This document shows positions 1 through 9,258 of a stretch of DNA of 52,603 nt, piece after piece (positions within the stretch are counted from its first letter, which is position 1; each line of letters starts with the position of its first letter). The DNA comes from a virus (taxonomy: Duplodnaviria; Caudoviricetes), in the IMG/VR virus record IMGVR_UViG_3300012352_000629, positions 1-52,603 of that record, one strand, 5' to 3'. The notes below the pieces were generated by a model. It made no database searches, was not told the origin of the DNA, and saw only the letters and a list, made by a program, of their open reading frames with translations. The translations under genes were made by a program, and so were the position numbers.

Positions 1-91
1 CACGAACTTCTACCAACTGCTTTACCTGCTCAAGAACAACCTTGGTTGCCTTGGTGGTCTTGGTGCTCTGGGTCTTTACTGCTACTGACAT
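1..91 (-). CDS. Hypothetical protein, N-terminal part (MSVAVKTQSTKTTKATKVVLEQVKQLVEVR...), runs off the window
   Basis: ATG at 91 with GAAAGGG RBS and upstream promoter; open to the window edge. Confidence 0.75.
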   Translation of the reverse strand, partial: MSVAVKTQSTKTTKATKVVLEQVKQLVEVR

Positions 92-135
92 TTTGTATCC
101 CTTTCATTTGATTCAACCTTTTGGCTGATGTAATC

Positions 136-164
136 AGCATAGCCTATGCCAAAACAAAAAGCAA
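136..164 (-). promoter_or_regulatory. sigma70-type promoter TTGCTT-17-TATGCT, with GACAC box at 179-183
   Basis: Read directly; same layout as other units. Confidence 0.75.
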
Positions 165-267
165 ATCTTTTTTCTGGCGTGTCGCCTCTGCTAGAAAAAA
201 TAACTACGGCTCCAACTTTTCACGAAAAAGAAAAACCCCGCCGAAGCGGGGTCTTGGTTGTCGAGGG

Positions 268-516
268 CTACTCGGCAGGTTGAAGCAGGAACTCCAGCAG
301 GTCTGGAAGATTCTCACCGTGGAACATCGGGTCGTAGGCGTAGACGCTCCAGCGGTCACCGCAACATCCTGGGCAACCATCTGAGAAGTCAATGCCATAG
401 TTCTTGGCAATGGTCTCCGCCTCGGCGCGAGTCTCGGCAACGATGGTCGCCATCTGAGGCATACCCTCTAGGAAGTAGCCTCCAGCGTTGTTCTGGTCTA
501 GAACGAACTTGGTCAT
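268..516 (-). CDS. Phage hypothetical protein (QNNxGG...CPxCGDRW type)
   Basis: ORF; start moved to ATG 516 behind GAAGGGGG RBS. Confidence 0.8.
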   Translation of the reverse strand: MTKFVLDQNNAGGYFLEGMPQMATIVAETRAEAETIAKNYGIDFSDGCPGCCGDRWSVYAYDPMFHGENLPDLLEFLLQPAE

Positions 517-562
517 TTTGTCCCCCTTCGGACTTAGGCTTTCACTCTGAAAGCCTAGTAAT

Positions 563-592
563 AACTTATCACTATTCCGTGTCATTTGTCAA
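563..592 (-). promoter_or_regulatory. sigma70-type promoter TTGACA-18-TAAGTT
   Basis: Read directly upstream of 268..516. Confidence 0.65.
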
Positions 593-697
593 GCCGTGAA
601 TCTTACGCACGGAAGCTCTAAGAAAAAATAACTACGAGCTCAGCCCAGACGGCAAAAAGAAAACCCCGCCACATTGGGCGGGGTCTCTCTGGCTTGA

Positions 698-1051
698 TTA
701 CTTGAGAGCAACCTGAAGGCATTTGTGAGGGCTGTTGTCGGCCCACTCGACCTTGATTCCATTGTCCTCGAACGCCTTGAGAACAATCTCTCCAGCCGAA
801 GTCAATCCCTCTGCTGTGGCTAGGTTGCTGTGGTTGAAATACATCGTGTCGAAGTCGGCGTAGTTTCCAACAATCGAAGTGCGATTACCCTGTCCACCAT
901 AGTGCCAAACAACTGGCACATTGTCGGCCAGCCCAAGGTCAATACAACTACGGCAACATCCCATTACATTCTTGCGAGCAACGATTCCAGCCTTGCGAAT
1001 AGCCTTCATCGCCTTGTCCATACGAACCTCTAGGGTCTCTGTCTGCTCCAT
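698..1051 (-). CDS. Hypothetical protein, DUF6891-like (GIVARxNxxCCxSC)
   Basis: ORF with GAAAGGGG RBS; motif recognition. Confidence 0.75.
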   Translation of the reverse strand: MEQTETLEVRMDKAMKAIRKAGIVARKNVMGCCRSCIDLGLADNVPVVWHYGGQGNRTSIVGNYADFDTMYFNHSNLATAEGLTSAGEIVLKAFEDNGIKVEWADNSPHKCLQVALK

Positions 1052-1235
1052 TTGTTTCCCCTTTCATTGCGCAACCATTTTTGGTTACACCAAAAGCCTA
1101 CCCTATCTACGACAAAAAGCAAATCGAATCTCCGTGTCGTGTCGCTGTCAGAAAAAATAACTATGCCCTCGCACCACAGACAAAAAAAGAACGCCTGCCT
1201 TTCGGCAGACGCTCTCTCTTTAGGGGGGACTAAAT

Positions 1236-1439
1236 CTATTCTTTTGCTAACGGGACTGTGTTGAGAATCTCTAACGCAGGAAGATACTCTGTCTCATAAT
1301 CTTCCTCACGCCATTCGTTCGTCTCTGAATCCCAAACTCGTTCATCTTTGCCGAACCTTGCTATGAATGTTTCATCATCTATGAACGGCACACCTGAATC
1401 TAAATCAACGGTGACAACGAAATGGACTTCTCTACTCAT
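1236..1439 (-). CDS. Hypothetical protein (MSREVHFVV...)
   Basis: TAATG-coupled to the upstream gene. Confidence 0.7.
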   Translation of the reverse strand: MSREVHFVVTVDLDSGVPFIDDETFIARFGKDERVWDSETNEWREEDYETEYLPALEILNTVPLAKE

Positions 1440-1591
1440 TACGAACCAAACATTCCCATCTCGTGTTGTAGCCAATCATCAAACTCATTCTGGCAATCGG
1501 CACATAGGGGGTGAACCTGTCCGACTTCCGCTTCAATCTTTGTTTCACATTGGTAGCAAGTTGTCTGCTCTTTGAGAATAATCTGAGCCAT
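1439..1591 (-). CDS. 50-aa Zn-finger-like protein (CYQC...CADC), not in the ORF track
   Basis: Translated by hand; TAATG coupling on both sides. Confidence 0.7.
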   Translation of the reverse strand: MAQIILKEQTTCYQCETKIEAEVGQVHPLCADCQNEFDDWLQHEMGMFGS

Positions 1592-1764
1592 TACGCACCA
1601 ACCTTTTCACGCTCGAAGAAATCTTCCAACGCTTCCATTGTTCCGCACGCTGAACAAATCTCTGTCGTGTTGTCTCGGCGTGAAATCGCACCGGGGTATG
1701 CCCCCGGGGTCTTGTTGTTCGGAATGTAGCCAGCGCACTTAGGGCAACGCTTCAACTCGTTCAT
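1591..1764 (-). CDS. Small Zn-ribbon protein (CPKC...AISRRDN..ICSACG)
   Basis: ATG 1764 overlaps the stop of the upstream gene. Confidence 0.75.
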   Translation of the reverse strand: MNELKRCPKCAGYIPNNKTPGAYPGAISRRDNTTEICSACGTMEALEDFFEREKVGA

Positions 1765-1976
1765 ACTGCCCACGCTCCGAAATCTAGGTCGCTTGCTTCT
1801 CGGCGTGAATCGCTCCACGCAGACTCGCCATAGAAATACTTCCTCTTGCCAGTAGCCACATCTGTCATACGCCAGTAGTCCTCTGGAAACTCGGCAGTCC
1901 CGACTGCCAGTTCAACTAGTTCGCTTGCGTAAACTGTGTCCCACTCTTTTACTGCTGAAACGCTTGGCTTTGCCAT
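1761..1976 (-). CDS. Hypothetical protein
   Basis: ORF with AAAGGGG RBS, first gene of its unit. Confidence 0.75.
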   Translation of the reverse strand: MAKPSVSAVKEWDTVYASELVELAVGTAEFPEDYWRMTDVATGKRKYFYGESAWSDSRREASDLDFGAWAV

Positions 1977-2267
1977 AATCGCTTCCCCTTTCTTGATAGT
2001 CCAAACTTACCACATACCTCAGGTATAAGCAACTACGCAACTTCCGTGAAAAGTTTCCCGCACGCAGCAGAAAAAATAACTATGCTTCGCAACGCAAGGG
2101 CAAAAGAAAAACCCTCGCAAGCGGGGGACACCTGCGAGGGTTTGACTTGGGGGTTATTCAGTTGTGTGTTTGTTGTTAGGGACAACTCTATTTGGCGTGT
2201 CTGCCACGCCCCTTTGCGTGACGACCCTTGGGCTGAACTAGCCCGAAAATTGTTAGCAACTTCCTCA

Positions 2268-2498
2268 TTACTTACCCTCTCCAGATACGAATGAAACGAA
2301 CTTGTTGAACTGCGGTGAGAATGTAAACATCACCGCAACGATAATGCCAATGCTAATCCCATTGAAAAAGGTTTCGCTAATGGTCTGGTTTGGCTCTCCA
2401 CCAATCAGTAGCAACATTAGGTAAAGGAATACCCAAGCACCTGCTACGAATGGAATTGCTAGAACTCCTGCTACTGCTCTGCGAATGTAAAACTTCAT
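2268..2498 (-). CDS. Small two-TM membrane protein
   Basis: Two hydrophobic segments; RBS. Confidence 0.75.
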   Translation of the reverse strand: MKFYIRRAVAGVLAIPFVAGAWVFLYLMLLLIGGEPNQTISETFFNGISIGIIVAVMFTFSPQFNKFVSFVSGEGK

Positions 2499-2541
2499 TT
2501 TGTTCTCCCTAACTTTCTATCAGGTTTTCCTGATACGAATA

Positions 2542-2570
2542 ACTATACCTAACACCACATCTAAAGTCAA
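2542..2570 (-). promoter_or_regulatory. sigma70-type promoter TTGACT-17-TATAGT, with GACAC box at 2582-2586
   Basis: Read directly. Confidence 0.75.
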
Positions 2571-2678
2571 ACATCTTTCTCGTGTCTGCGGAAGCGTTAG
2601 AAAAAATAACTATGCTTCAAGAATTTACGGAAAAGAAAACCCCGCCAGTTTTCTGACGGGGTCTGCGAAACTATGAAA

Positions 2679-3356
2679 CTACTTCTTAGCCTTGCTCACT
2701 CTCTTTGGCTTTGGCTTGGTTACGCTGTGAACATCTATGCCCCAGTTAGCAAGAATCGAGGCTGTGCTTTGCTTCAATTCCATTACCTGCGCTAGGTAGA
2801 CTTCTTGCTTGTTTCTATCTTTTAGGTCGGCAATCAAACTATCCAGCGACTTCTGCCACTCGACTACTCGCCTCTTGGTAAGTCTGTTAGTTCCGACTAT
2901 CGTGCGATTACCTTTAGCCCACGCTCTTGAGTATTGAATGTCGTGTGGCGCACCCAACTCTCCAGACGCAATAGCGTAAGTTCTAGAATCTGGTCGGCGC
3001 TTCAATAGAGTAGCAATCTCGGCTGACATTACTTCATCTCTAATCGGCAAACGAACCTCTTCGGCGTTTAGGTAGTAAGTAGTCCTGCTTGGTGCTTCTA
3101 GTTTGCGTTTGAGTTCTGCCCTCAATGCCTTGGTGTGAATTTGAACATACTCGGCTTCCCAGTCGGAAACTTCTTTTTTGGCTTTTGCTATTGCGTCTGC
3201 GAACGCCTGCTCTTGCGCTTCAATCAATGACTCACTGTCGGCGACTATCGCCTTTATACCCTCTAGGTATCCAATCACCACATACTTATTGACTGTGCCT
3301 AGCAACTTCTCACTTGGTGTAGTTCTGTAAGCCATCATTTTATTGTTTACTAGCAT
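2679..3356 (-). CDS. Hypothetical protein, helical with basic C-terminus
   Basis: 225-aa ORF, AAAGGGAGG RBS. Confidence 0.8.
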   Translation of the reverse strand: MLVNNKMMAYRTTPSEKLLGTVNKYVVIGYLEGIKAIVADSESLIEAQEQAFADAIAKAKKEVSDWEAEYVQIHTKALRAELKRKLEAPSRTTYYLNAEEVRLPIRDEVMSAEIATLLKRRPDSRTYAIASGELGAPHDIQYSRAWAKGNRTIVGTNRLTKRRVVEWQKSLDSLIADLKDRNKQEVYLAQVMELKQSTASILANWGIDVHSVTKPKPKRVSKAKK

Positions 3357-3536
3357 TTATGCCTCCCTTTGTTATGAGCAAGTTTACCAACCACCACTGA
3401 CATTCCCGTGAACTTTTTACGAGTGTCGTATCCTGGCAGAAAAAATAACTATGCTTCGAAAAAGAACGGCAAGGGAAAACCCCCACTAGGGAAATGTCAG
3501 TAAACCTAGTGGGGGTCAGGGGGGTGTTAGGGGGAA

Positions 3537-3872
3537 CTAACTCTTTCTATTTCTAAACTCTTGCCATTCGTCATAAATCTCACTCCGCATACTTCTACGG
3601 CGACTCTTTGGGTAGCGACTCTGCTCTGCCAAGAAAAGTATGTGTTCTGCTTCTACGGCACTAATGCCACCTAGGAAAAACACTCCAATCAGAATCAGTA
3701 GTTCTACTGTCGTGTCTACTCCAGCAACCATAAACATAACCACACAAAACGCTGAACCAAGTGTCACGCCACGAAACATAGTTGCTATGTGTTCGGCGTG
3801 ATTCATTCGATTCAAATAGACGGCACGCTTGTATTGCCCTCTGCGTTTGCGTTCGTGATAACTAAGTGCCAT
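3537..3872 (-). CDS. Membrane protein (2 TM)
   Basis: ORF coupled to the upstream gene. Confidence 0.75.
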   Translation of the reverse strand: MALSYHERKRRGQYKRAVYLNRMNHAEHIATMFRGVTLGSAFCVVMFMVAGVDTTVELLILIGVFFLGGISAVEAEHILFLAEQSRYPKSRRRSMRSEIYDEWQEFRNRKS

Positions 3873-4117
3873 TAGATACCAAACACCTCTCGCAACTTTT
3901 CATCTAGGCGAGCAAGATTACGCTCTGCTCTTGCTGACGAACCTACCAAATACATACCAGACAAAATCTTTATCTCGGCATTGGCATAGCACTCTGACGA
4001 GATAGAGGCTTTGGTGCTGTCACCATAAACGCTCTCGCCACCAGCCAACTTCATAGCACGCTCAAAGGCGAACTCTGCGTATAACTCTTTTGCTACCTTG
4101 TTGAGAATCTTTGACAT
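3872..4117 (-). CDS. Hypothetical protein
   Basis: ORF, GAAAGGGG RBS. Confidence 0.75.
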   Translation of the reverse strand: MSKILNKVAKELYAEFAFERAMKLAGGESVYGDSTKASISSECYANAEIKILSGMYLVGSSARAERNLARLDEKLREVFGI

Positions 4118-4281
4118 TTTTGTATTCCCCTTTCATCAACTACATTACCAACCCCCTCTGACATTTTCAACTTTTCATCAACGGCGTGTCGAAGCTCCAG
4201 AAAAAATAACTATGCTTCCAAATAAACTGGCAAAAGAAAAAGTGCCCGCCTTTCGGCAAGCACTCTTTCGGATAAACCTTT

Positions 4282-4749
4282 TTATGAAACTGAAACGCCA
4301 CCAGACTTTTCGAGAAAAACGGCAACTCGCTTAATCTCTGTAAGGTCTAGATAATCAGCAAGGTCGAACGTATTCCGAGTAACGCCTAACCCTTGGCATT
4401 TCGCGCAGAAACTTATGTACTGAGGCTTACCGAGACTGTCCAGTTCAGTAGTGCCTACACCATCGCAGTGTTCGCAAGTAATAATCGGCGACTTGATTGC
4501 CTCGTCGCGTGAGGCTTTCTTATACTCGGCTACTTGCTTGAGGGTGACTTTGTTTAGCAGTTCAGCAATAGTCTTAGTGTCCTCTGCCGACCACAAGGCT
4601 CTGTATGCGCTGAAAAATTGCTCAAGTTCTTCCGACTTTAGTGTAGTTTTGGCAAACTCTTTGAGAGCACTGAACCCAGCGATGCCTAGCACTATCTCCT
4701 TTTCACCATACTTAAGTCCCTTTGTCTTTGCCCTTAGACTTACGCCCAT
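4282..4749 (-). CDS. Hypothetical protein with DnaJ-type CxxCxGxG zinc finger; paralog of 13923..14441
   Basis: CEHCDGVG and CAKCQGLG; shared C-terminal FLxxSGG. Confidence 0.8.
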   Translation of the reverse strand: MGVSLRAKTKGLKYGEKEIVLGIAGFSALKEFAKTTLKSEELEQFFSAYRALWSAEDTKTIAELLNKVTLKQVAEYKKASRDEAIKSPIITCEHCDGVGTTELDSLGKPQYISFCAKCQGLGVTRNTFDLADYLDLTEIKRVAVFLEKSGGVSVS

Positions 4750-4918
4750 TTTGTTCCCCTTGTCCCTTTCCTATCAACTTTTGTTGATACCTAAATCCTA
4801 TCAGTCCTTGACAAATAAGCAAACACGCACGTAAACCCTCTAGAAAAAATAACTATCCACCCCCGAGCGCGGGCAAAAGAAAACCCCCCACTTTCGTGAG
4901 GGGCTAACTTTTTACGAA

Positions 4919-5272
4919 CTATCCTGTGAAGGCTTTTCGTGTCTCTTCGACAAGTTCCAACATCTCTGCCACATCTGCGTCGCTCAAGCCAATGGTGTAA
5001 CCCTCTGGGTCTGTGCCACCTGTGAGAACTACTGTCCCAAAGATTGGGCGATTGCCACCAATCTCTGAGTAGAGTGCTGAACCAATAATGTTTGCTTCCA
5101 ACTCTGGGCGGAAGATGAACTCCTCGTTCACCCACATAATCACATCTGACGCAACGACTACTGCTTCGATGTAACCATCAACGGCCTTCTGAAGTTTGCT
5201 CAATTCATCCTGAGCAATGTCAATGACACTTGCTTCCAATGCTGGTGTGATTACTACTGCTGACTTTGACAT
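4919..5272 (-). CDS. DUF3846-like protein
   Basis: LQxAVxGYIE...VNEE...N...I.G.VVLTG pattern. Confidence 0.75.
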   Translation of the reverse strand: MSKSAVVITPALEASVIDIAQDELSKLQKAVDGYIEAVVVASDVIMWVNEEFIFRPELEANIIGSALYSEIGGNRPIFGTVVLTGGTDPEGYTIGLSDADVAEMLELVEETRKAFTG

Positions 5273-5442
5273 CTCTGTCCCCTTTTCTGTCAGAATCTCT
5301 GACTAAGAAAATCCTAACACCTTCCACCGCATTACGCAAATCCTTCATAAAAAGTTTCCACCGGCAGCAGAAAAAATAACTACAACTTTTACGGCAAGCA
5401 AAAAAATACCCCGCCATTTCTGACGGGGCATTTCTTATTTGG

Positions 5443-5709
5443 TTATTGGTGACAACCGCACTCGCAGGTTACTGTTCCGCGTTTGGCTTCACGCAACTCT
5501 TTACGCTCGTTAGCAAGTTCTTTCAACTTAGTGTTGAACTTCTTGACTTCCCTAGCCCACTTCGACAACTCATCTAGGTTTATGCCTAGGTTGTCTTCAA
5601 CCCCAAGGTCATTCACAAAGTTCATAGCCAACTCTCGGCGTTGCTCTACAACTTCGTTTATTTCTTCTTGAACAATGGCAAGTCTTGCCTTTATCTCGTT
5701 GGTGTCCAT
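5443..5709 (-). CDS. Coiled-coil hypothetical protein
   Basis: ORF, AAAGGAG RBS. Confidence 0.75.
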   Translation of the reverse strand: MDTNEIKARLAIVQEEINEVVEQRRELAMNFVNDLGVEDNLGINLDELSKWAREVKKFNTKLKELANERKELREAKRGTVTCECGCHQ

Positions 5710-5832
5710 ACCAACTCCTTTCGTAGTATTACTACTTTACCGCACCTACTTAGAAAAGTCAAGTTGCTCTGTCGTGTTCGTATTGCTCGCAGAAAAAATA
5801 ACTACACTTCAAAACTTCACGGCAAAAGAAAA

Positions 5833-5934
5833 GCGGCAGTAGATTGGGGGGAATCTACTGCCGCGACTAGGTAAAGGGGGGGTAACCTAGTATCTTCAAC
5901 TGTTAGTGAGCAACTTTGCTGCTATCCAGTTGAA
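5833..5934 (-). ncRNA. 6C-like structured RNA: two adjacent hairpins with C7 and C6 loops plus an upstream hairpin
   Basis: On -: ACTAGGT-TACCCCCCCTTT-ACCTAGT then GCGGCAGTAGATT-CCCCCC-AATCTACTGCCGC followed by a U-tract. Confidence 0.55.
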
Positions 5935-5941
5935 ATCTATA

Positions 5942-6226
5942 CTACTCTACAAATTCTTCTTCCGCATCCACGCACCACGCGTCAAGGTGGTGATTAATAA
6001 TAATCTCACGCGCTGGCGCTGTCTTCTTACCGCGATAAGTTACTCCCTCGGGTAAGTCAATCTCTTTGTCCAACTCATCTGCCCAATAGCAATCAATTGC
6101 TTCGACACAAGGTGTAATCATTGATGACGGCACCGGCGGGAAGTGGTTGCCCCTTAGGTGCCAATCTAGTTGTTGCTCTAAGGTCAAATTAGTTTCCGCA
6201 ATTCCCATTGCTGTTACGTGTCCCAT
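5942..6226 (-). CDS. Phage hypothetical protein (HLxxNHxPP...HHL.AW)
   Basis: ORF coupled to the upstream gene. Confidence 0.8.
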   Translation of the reverse strand: MGHVTAMGIAETNLTLEQQLDWHLRGNHFPPVPSSMITPCVEAIDCYWADELDKEIDLPEGVTYRGKKTAPAREIIINHHLDAWCVDAEEEFVE

Positions 6227-6618
6227 TAGTCTTCCTCTCCAGTTCCATAATACTCATTAACTAAGTCTTCCTGAATGTTATCGGCGATGATGAATTCTTC
6301 GAATGTCCATTCGTGTGAACCGAATGTAACTCGCTGATTAGGGAAGTCAATCACCGCGTGAAAATAACTTTCCTCGAATAGGTTATCGCTATCATTGCCT
6401 ACGGCAATCCCGAATCCAGTTACGCTGTCCCATTCGTTGCCAATAATCTGGCTGATAAAAATACGCACGCCATAACTCGTATCGCTCCAGCGTGGCATTG
6501 CGCTAATAAGCGCTCGCTGTGTGTCGGCAAACTTATCTTCTCCGCCATTGTGGCTGTAAAGGTGAACGGCGTTCCCGCTGTTGTCCTCTTTGATAATCCA
6601 CGCTGTTCTCGAACCCAT
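6226..6618 (-). CDS. Phage hypothetical protein (MGSR...LYSHxGG)
   Basis: Start moved to ATG 6618 behind GAAAGGGG. Confidence 0.8.
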   Translation of the reverse strand: MGSRTAWIIKEDNSGNAVHLYSHNGGEDKFADTQRALISAMPRWSDTSYGVRIFISQIIGNEWDSVTGFGIAVGNDSDNLFEESYFHAVIDFPNQRVTFGSHEWTFEEFIIADNIQEDLVNEYYGTGEED

Positions 6619-6786
6619 TTCGAAACCCCTTTCTAGGTATGCCCTAATTCTATCAATCTGTCGTGAAAAGTCAACTTCATCTGGCAGCGGCGATTCGCTG
6701 AAAGTGTGAGAAAAAATAACTACACTCGGCGAGCGCAAAAGGGTAAAAGAAAACCCCGCCTAAGCGGGGCTAACTTTTTATGGTGT

Positions 6787-7122
6787 TTAGTAAGTTGGGG
6801 TGTATTGAATGTTGAGCATACGAACCAATCGCTTTTTGTTTGGCGATGGTGAGTAATACGCTAGAAACTTCTCTACCGCAGTTGCTGGTAGTGACCTTAG
6901 GATTCTGCCTAGTAGCGTGCTAGTGGTCTGGCTAATCTGCCAATCTGCTAGAGAAACAATCTCGTGAGTGTGAATGTTGTATTCGAGAATCGTAGTTCTC
7001 CAGTGGACAATCGTGTAGATTCCAGTGTCGCTCATCTCAGCTACAATCGTGCCATTGTAGTTTACGAATGGCTGAAACTTCTTGATGTAGCCATTGATTT
7101 CATAGTTAGCAATTCTTGCCAT
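6787..7122 (-). CDS. Hypothetical protein
   Basis: ORF, GAAAGGGG RBS. Confidence 0.75.
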   Translation of the reverse strand: MARIANYEINGYIKKFQPFVNYNGTIVAEMSDTGIYTIVHWRTTILEYNIHTHEIVSLADWQISQTTSTLLGRILRSLPATAVEKFLAYYSPSPNKKRLVRMLNIQYTPTY

Positions 7123-7292
7123 TTTAGTTCCCCTTTCGAACTTGCTATAAGTTTACCAATACCCTACGACATTTTTCGTGTTCGTGAAAAGTTTCGTGAA
7201 AAGTCTGTCACCTCCAGAAAAAATAACTATGACTTTGATTTACAGCAAAAAAGAAACCCCCGCATTTCTGCGGGGGCTTCTCGTGATTCTGC

Positions 7293-7610
7293 TTAGTCCA
7301 ACTTAGCCAGTTCGCTGGTGAGGCAAGCAAGCAAGGCTTCTGCTTCTGCCTTGGTAAATCTGTGGCTCAAGATGTCCACGTGAGTCGTGATTGGCTCGTC
7401 ACCATAACTGATTGAAACGTAGGTGTGACCAGTAATCGAAACCCAGACATTGTTGTCGTCTGCGTCTGCGCTGGTGTAGATGTCAATCGAGTTTGACACA
7501 TAGGTGTCGCTCTCGTCGTTGCTTCTAACAGAAACCTTGGCAGAGCTTTGCTCTCCAAGTTCAGTAGCGAGGTCTAGAACGACCTGCTCCTTTACAGCTG
7601 TGGTAGTCAT
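7293..7610 (-). CDS. Hypothetical protein
   Basis: ORF, GAGGGG RBS. Confidence 0.75.
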   Translation of the reverse strand: MTTTAVKEQVVLDLATELGEQSSAKVSVRSNDESDTYVSNSIDIYTSADADDNNVWVSITGHTYVSISYGDEPITTHVDILSHRFTKAEAEALLACLTSELAKLD

Positions 7611-7805
7611 AATGACTTTCCCCTCGTTTTGTATAAGCCTTGTTGCTTATGGAATAAGCGTATACCCTATGGCTGACATTTGTCAAATCTTTCTCGTGTG
7701 GCGTGTCGTGCCAGAAAAAATAACTACACTCGAAAAAATGACGGCATAAAAAATCCCCCAATCTGGCTCGCTGTCCAAGATTATTGGGGGAAAACTTTTT
7801 ATGGA

Positions 7806-8015
7806 TTACAAATAGCAATCTCCGCATTTAGGGATTCTGCCACCCAGGCTCTCAATCCAATCTTGAGTTCGCTGGTCTACTGTGTAATCATCTCCGCACT
7901 TGTAGCAAGTGTGCGTGTAGCGTGGCTCGTCTGGTGATAGTCGTCTGCCACTTCTCATAGCGAGGTTCGTAAGTTCCTCGTCTGTGAGTTCTGGATTCTC
8001 GGCGTGTAGTCGCAT
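7806..8015 (-). CDS. Small Zn-ribbon protein (CYKC...CGDC)
   Basis: ORF coupled to the upstream gene. Confidence 0.7.
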   Translation of the reverse strand: MRLHAENPELTDEELTNLAMRSGRRLSPDEPRYTHTCYKCGDDYTVDQRTQDWIESLGGRIPKCGDCYL

Positions 8016-8266
8016 TAGTCCCTCTCATCTCTCCATTGGTCGTAAGCGGCATCTTCATCATAGCCACCCTCGTCTGCTATCTCTTTGGTGAGGATAGCCT
8101 TACAATCTGGACACTCCGCACTTGCGTTGTGTCCCCAATCATCTGTCTGCCCATCTAGCACGAACTCGTCTTCGCAGTTGTCGCAGTAGAAGATACCTGA
8201 ATAATCCTCTTGGTAGATACCTGACCCCATCATAGAGCCACCATCTCCATAACTCCCTAATGACAT
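8015..8266 (-). CDS. Acidic Zn-ribbon protein (CDNC...CPDC)
   Basis: Start moved to ATG 8266 behind GAAAGGA. Confidence 0.75.
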   Translation of the reverse strand: MSLGSYGDGGSMMGSGIYQEDYSGIFYCDNCEDEFVLDGQTDDWGHNASAECPDCKAILTKEIADEGGYDEDAAYDQWRDERD

Positions 8267-8437
8267 TTCTTGTCCTTTCTGTCTTTCGACAATCTGATTA
8301 TTACATAGTGGTCGGACATTTAGCAACTTTTTATCAGCGTGTCAAAGTTCTAGAAATCTATCAGAAAAAATAACTATGGGGAAAATCAAGACAAAGAAAA
8401 ACCCCTAGCAGTTCGCTAGGGGTCAAATCTTTTTTGG

Positions 8438-8752
8438 CTATCGCAGGTCTGCGTATTGCTTCTGCCAATCGAAGTTTCTGACTGACTCTGCTTCCAAAAT
8501 GCTTTCAGCATTGTCGGGAACTTGAGCCATACGAAGTCCAGCCTGAATCACAAGTTCATACGAACCTACACCCAGTCCGTCTGCGATTGACTGGATAATC
8601 CCACTCGAAGGACACTTGTGTCCTCGCTCTACCTCTGATAGGTAACCCAGAGCAAGGTATCCGTTAGCACTTAGGTTGCGTAGCGTCAACCCTTTAGCAA
8701 GCCGTTGCTCTCGCACAACCTCGCCGAAAGCGGTCTGAAAATCTGTTCCCAC
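8438..8752 (-). CDS. XRE-family HTH regulator, ClgR/PopR-like
   Basis: R..RL..GLTLR.LS....LALGYLSEVERG.K.PSS..I..IA..LGV resembles the actinobacterial ClgR HTH. Confidence 0.8.
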   Translation of the reverse strand: MGTDFQTAFGEVVREQRLAKGLTLRNLSANGYLALGYLSEVERGHKCPSSGIIQSIADGLGVGSYELVIQAGLRMAQVPDNAESILEAESVRNFDWQKQYADLR

Positions 8753-8754
8753 TT

Positions 8755-9108
8755 CTACTCCTCGCCGTCCGTGTGGTCGTGGTCGCAGTTAGCGTGAGGG
8801 TCTGACCAGTTCTTGCCTTCTTCTTGCCAGCCGTTCTGCTCGATAATCCGCTCAACAACCTCGCCACATTCCATAGCGGTTAGTTTCAGATTGGTAATCA
8901 ACTCGTCCACGCCGTTCATAAGGTCGGTGTTGTCCGTGCCTTCGTATTCAAGCCGTGCCTTGAACTGCTCGGCAAGTTGCTCTGTTGCTTTCAACGCCCG
9001 ATACATAGTTGGGTCTGCGTATCCGTCTTTCACATACGACTCAATAAGCACGCCGACTACTGTGAGGGTAAGTCCCGTGATGTCCTCTAGTTCCAATGGC
9101 TGATTCAT
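8755..9108 (-). CDS. Hypothetical protein
   Basis: ORF, AAAGGGG RBS. Confidence 0.75.
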   Translation of the reverse strand: MNQPLELEDITGLTLTVVGVLIESYVKDGYADPTMYRALKATEQLAEQFKARLEYEGTDNTDLMNGVDELITNLKLTAMECGEVVERIIEQNGWQEEGKNWSDPHANCDHDHTDGEE

Positions 9109-9258
9109 TCAGCACCCCTTTCCTTTGGTATCAGATTACCACTAACTTCCGACAATTTCCACTCATTTCCTAATCGTGTCAAACCTGCCAGAAAAAATAA
9201 CTATTCGTGTTGATGAGAAAAAAGGGGCAGGGCTTTCGCCCCACCCCTCTCTCTCGTG

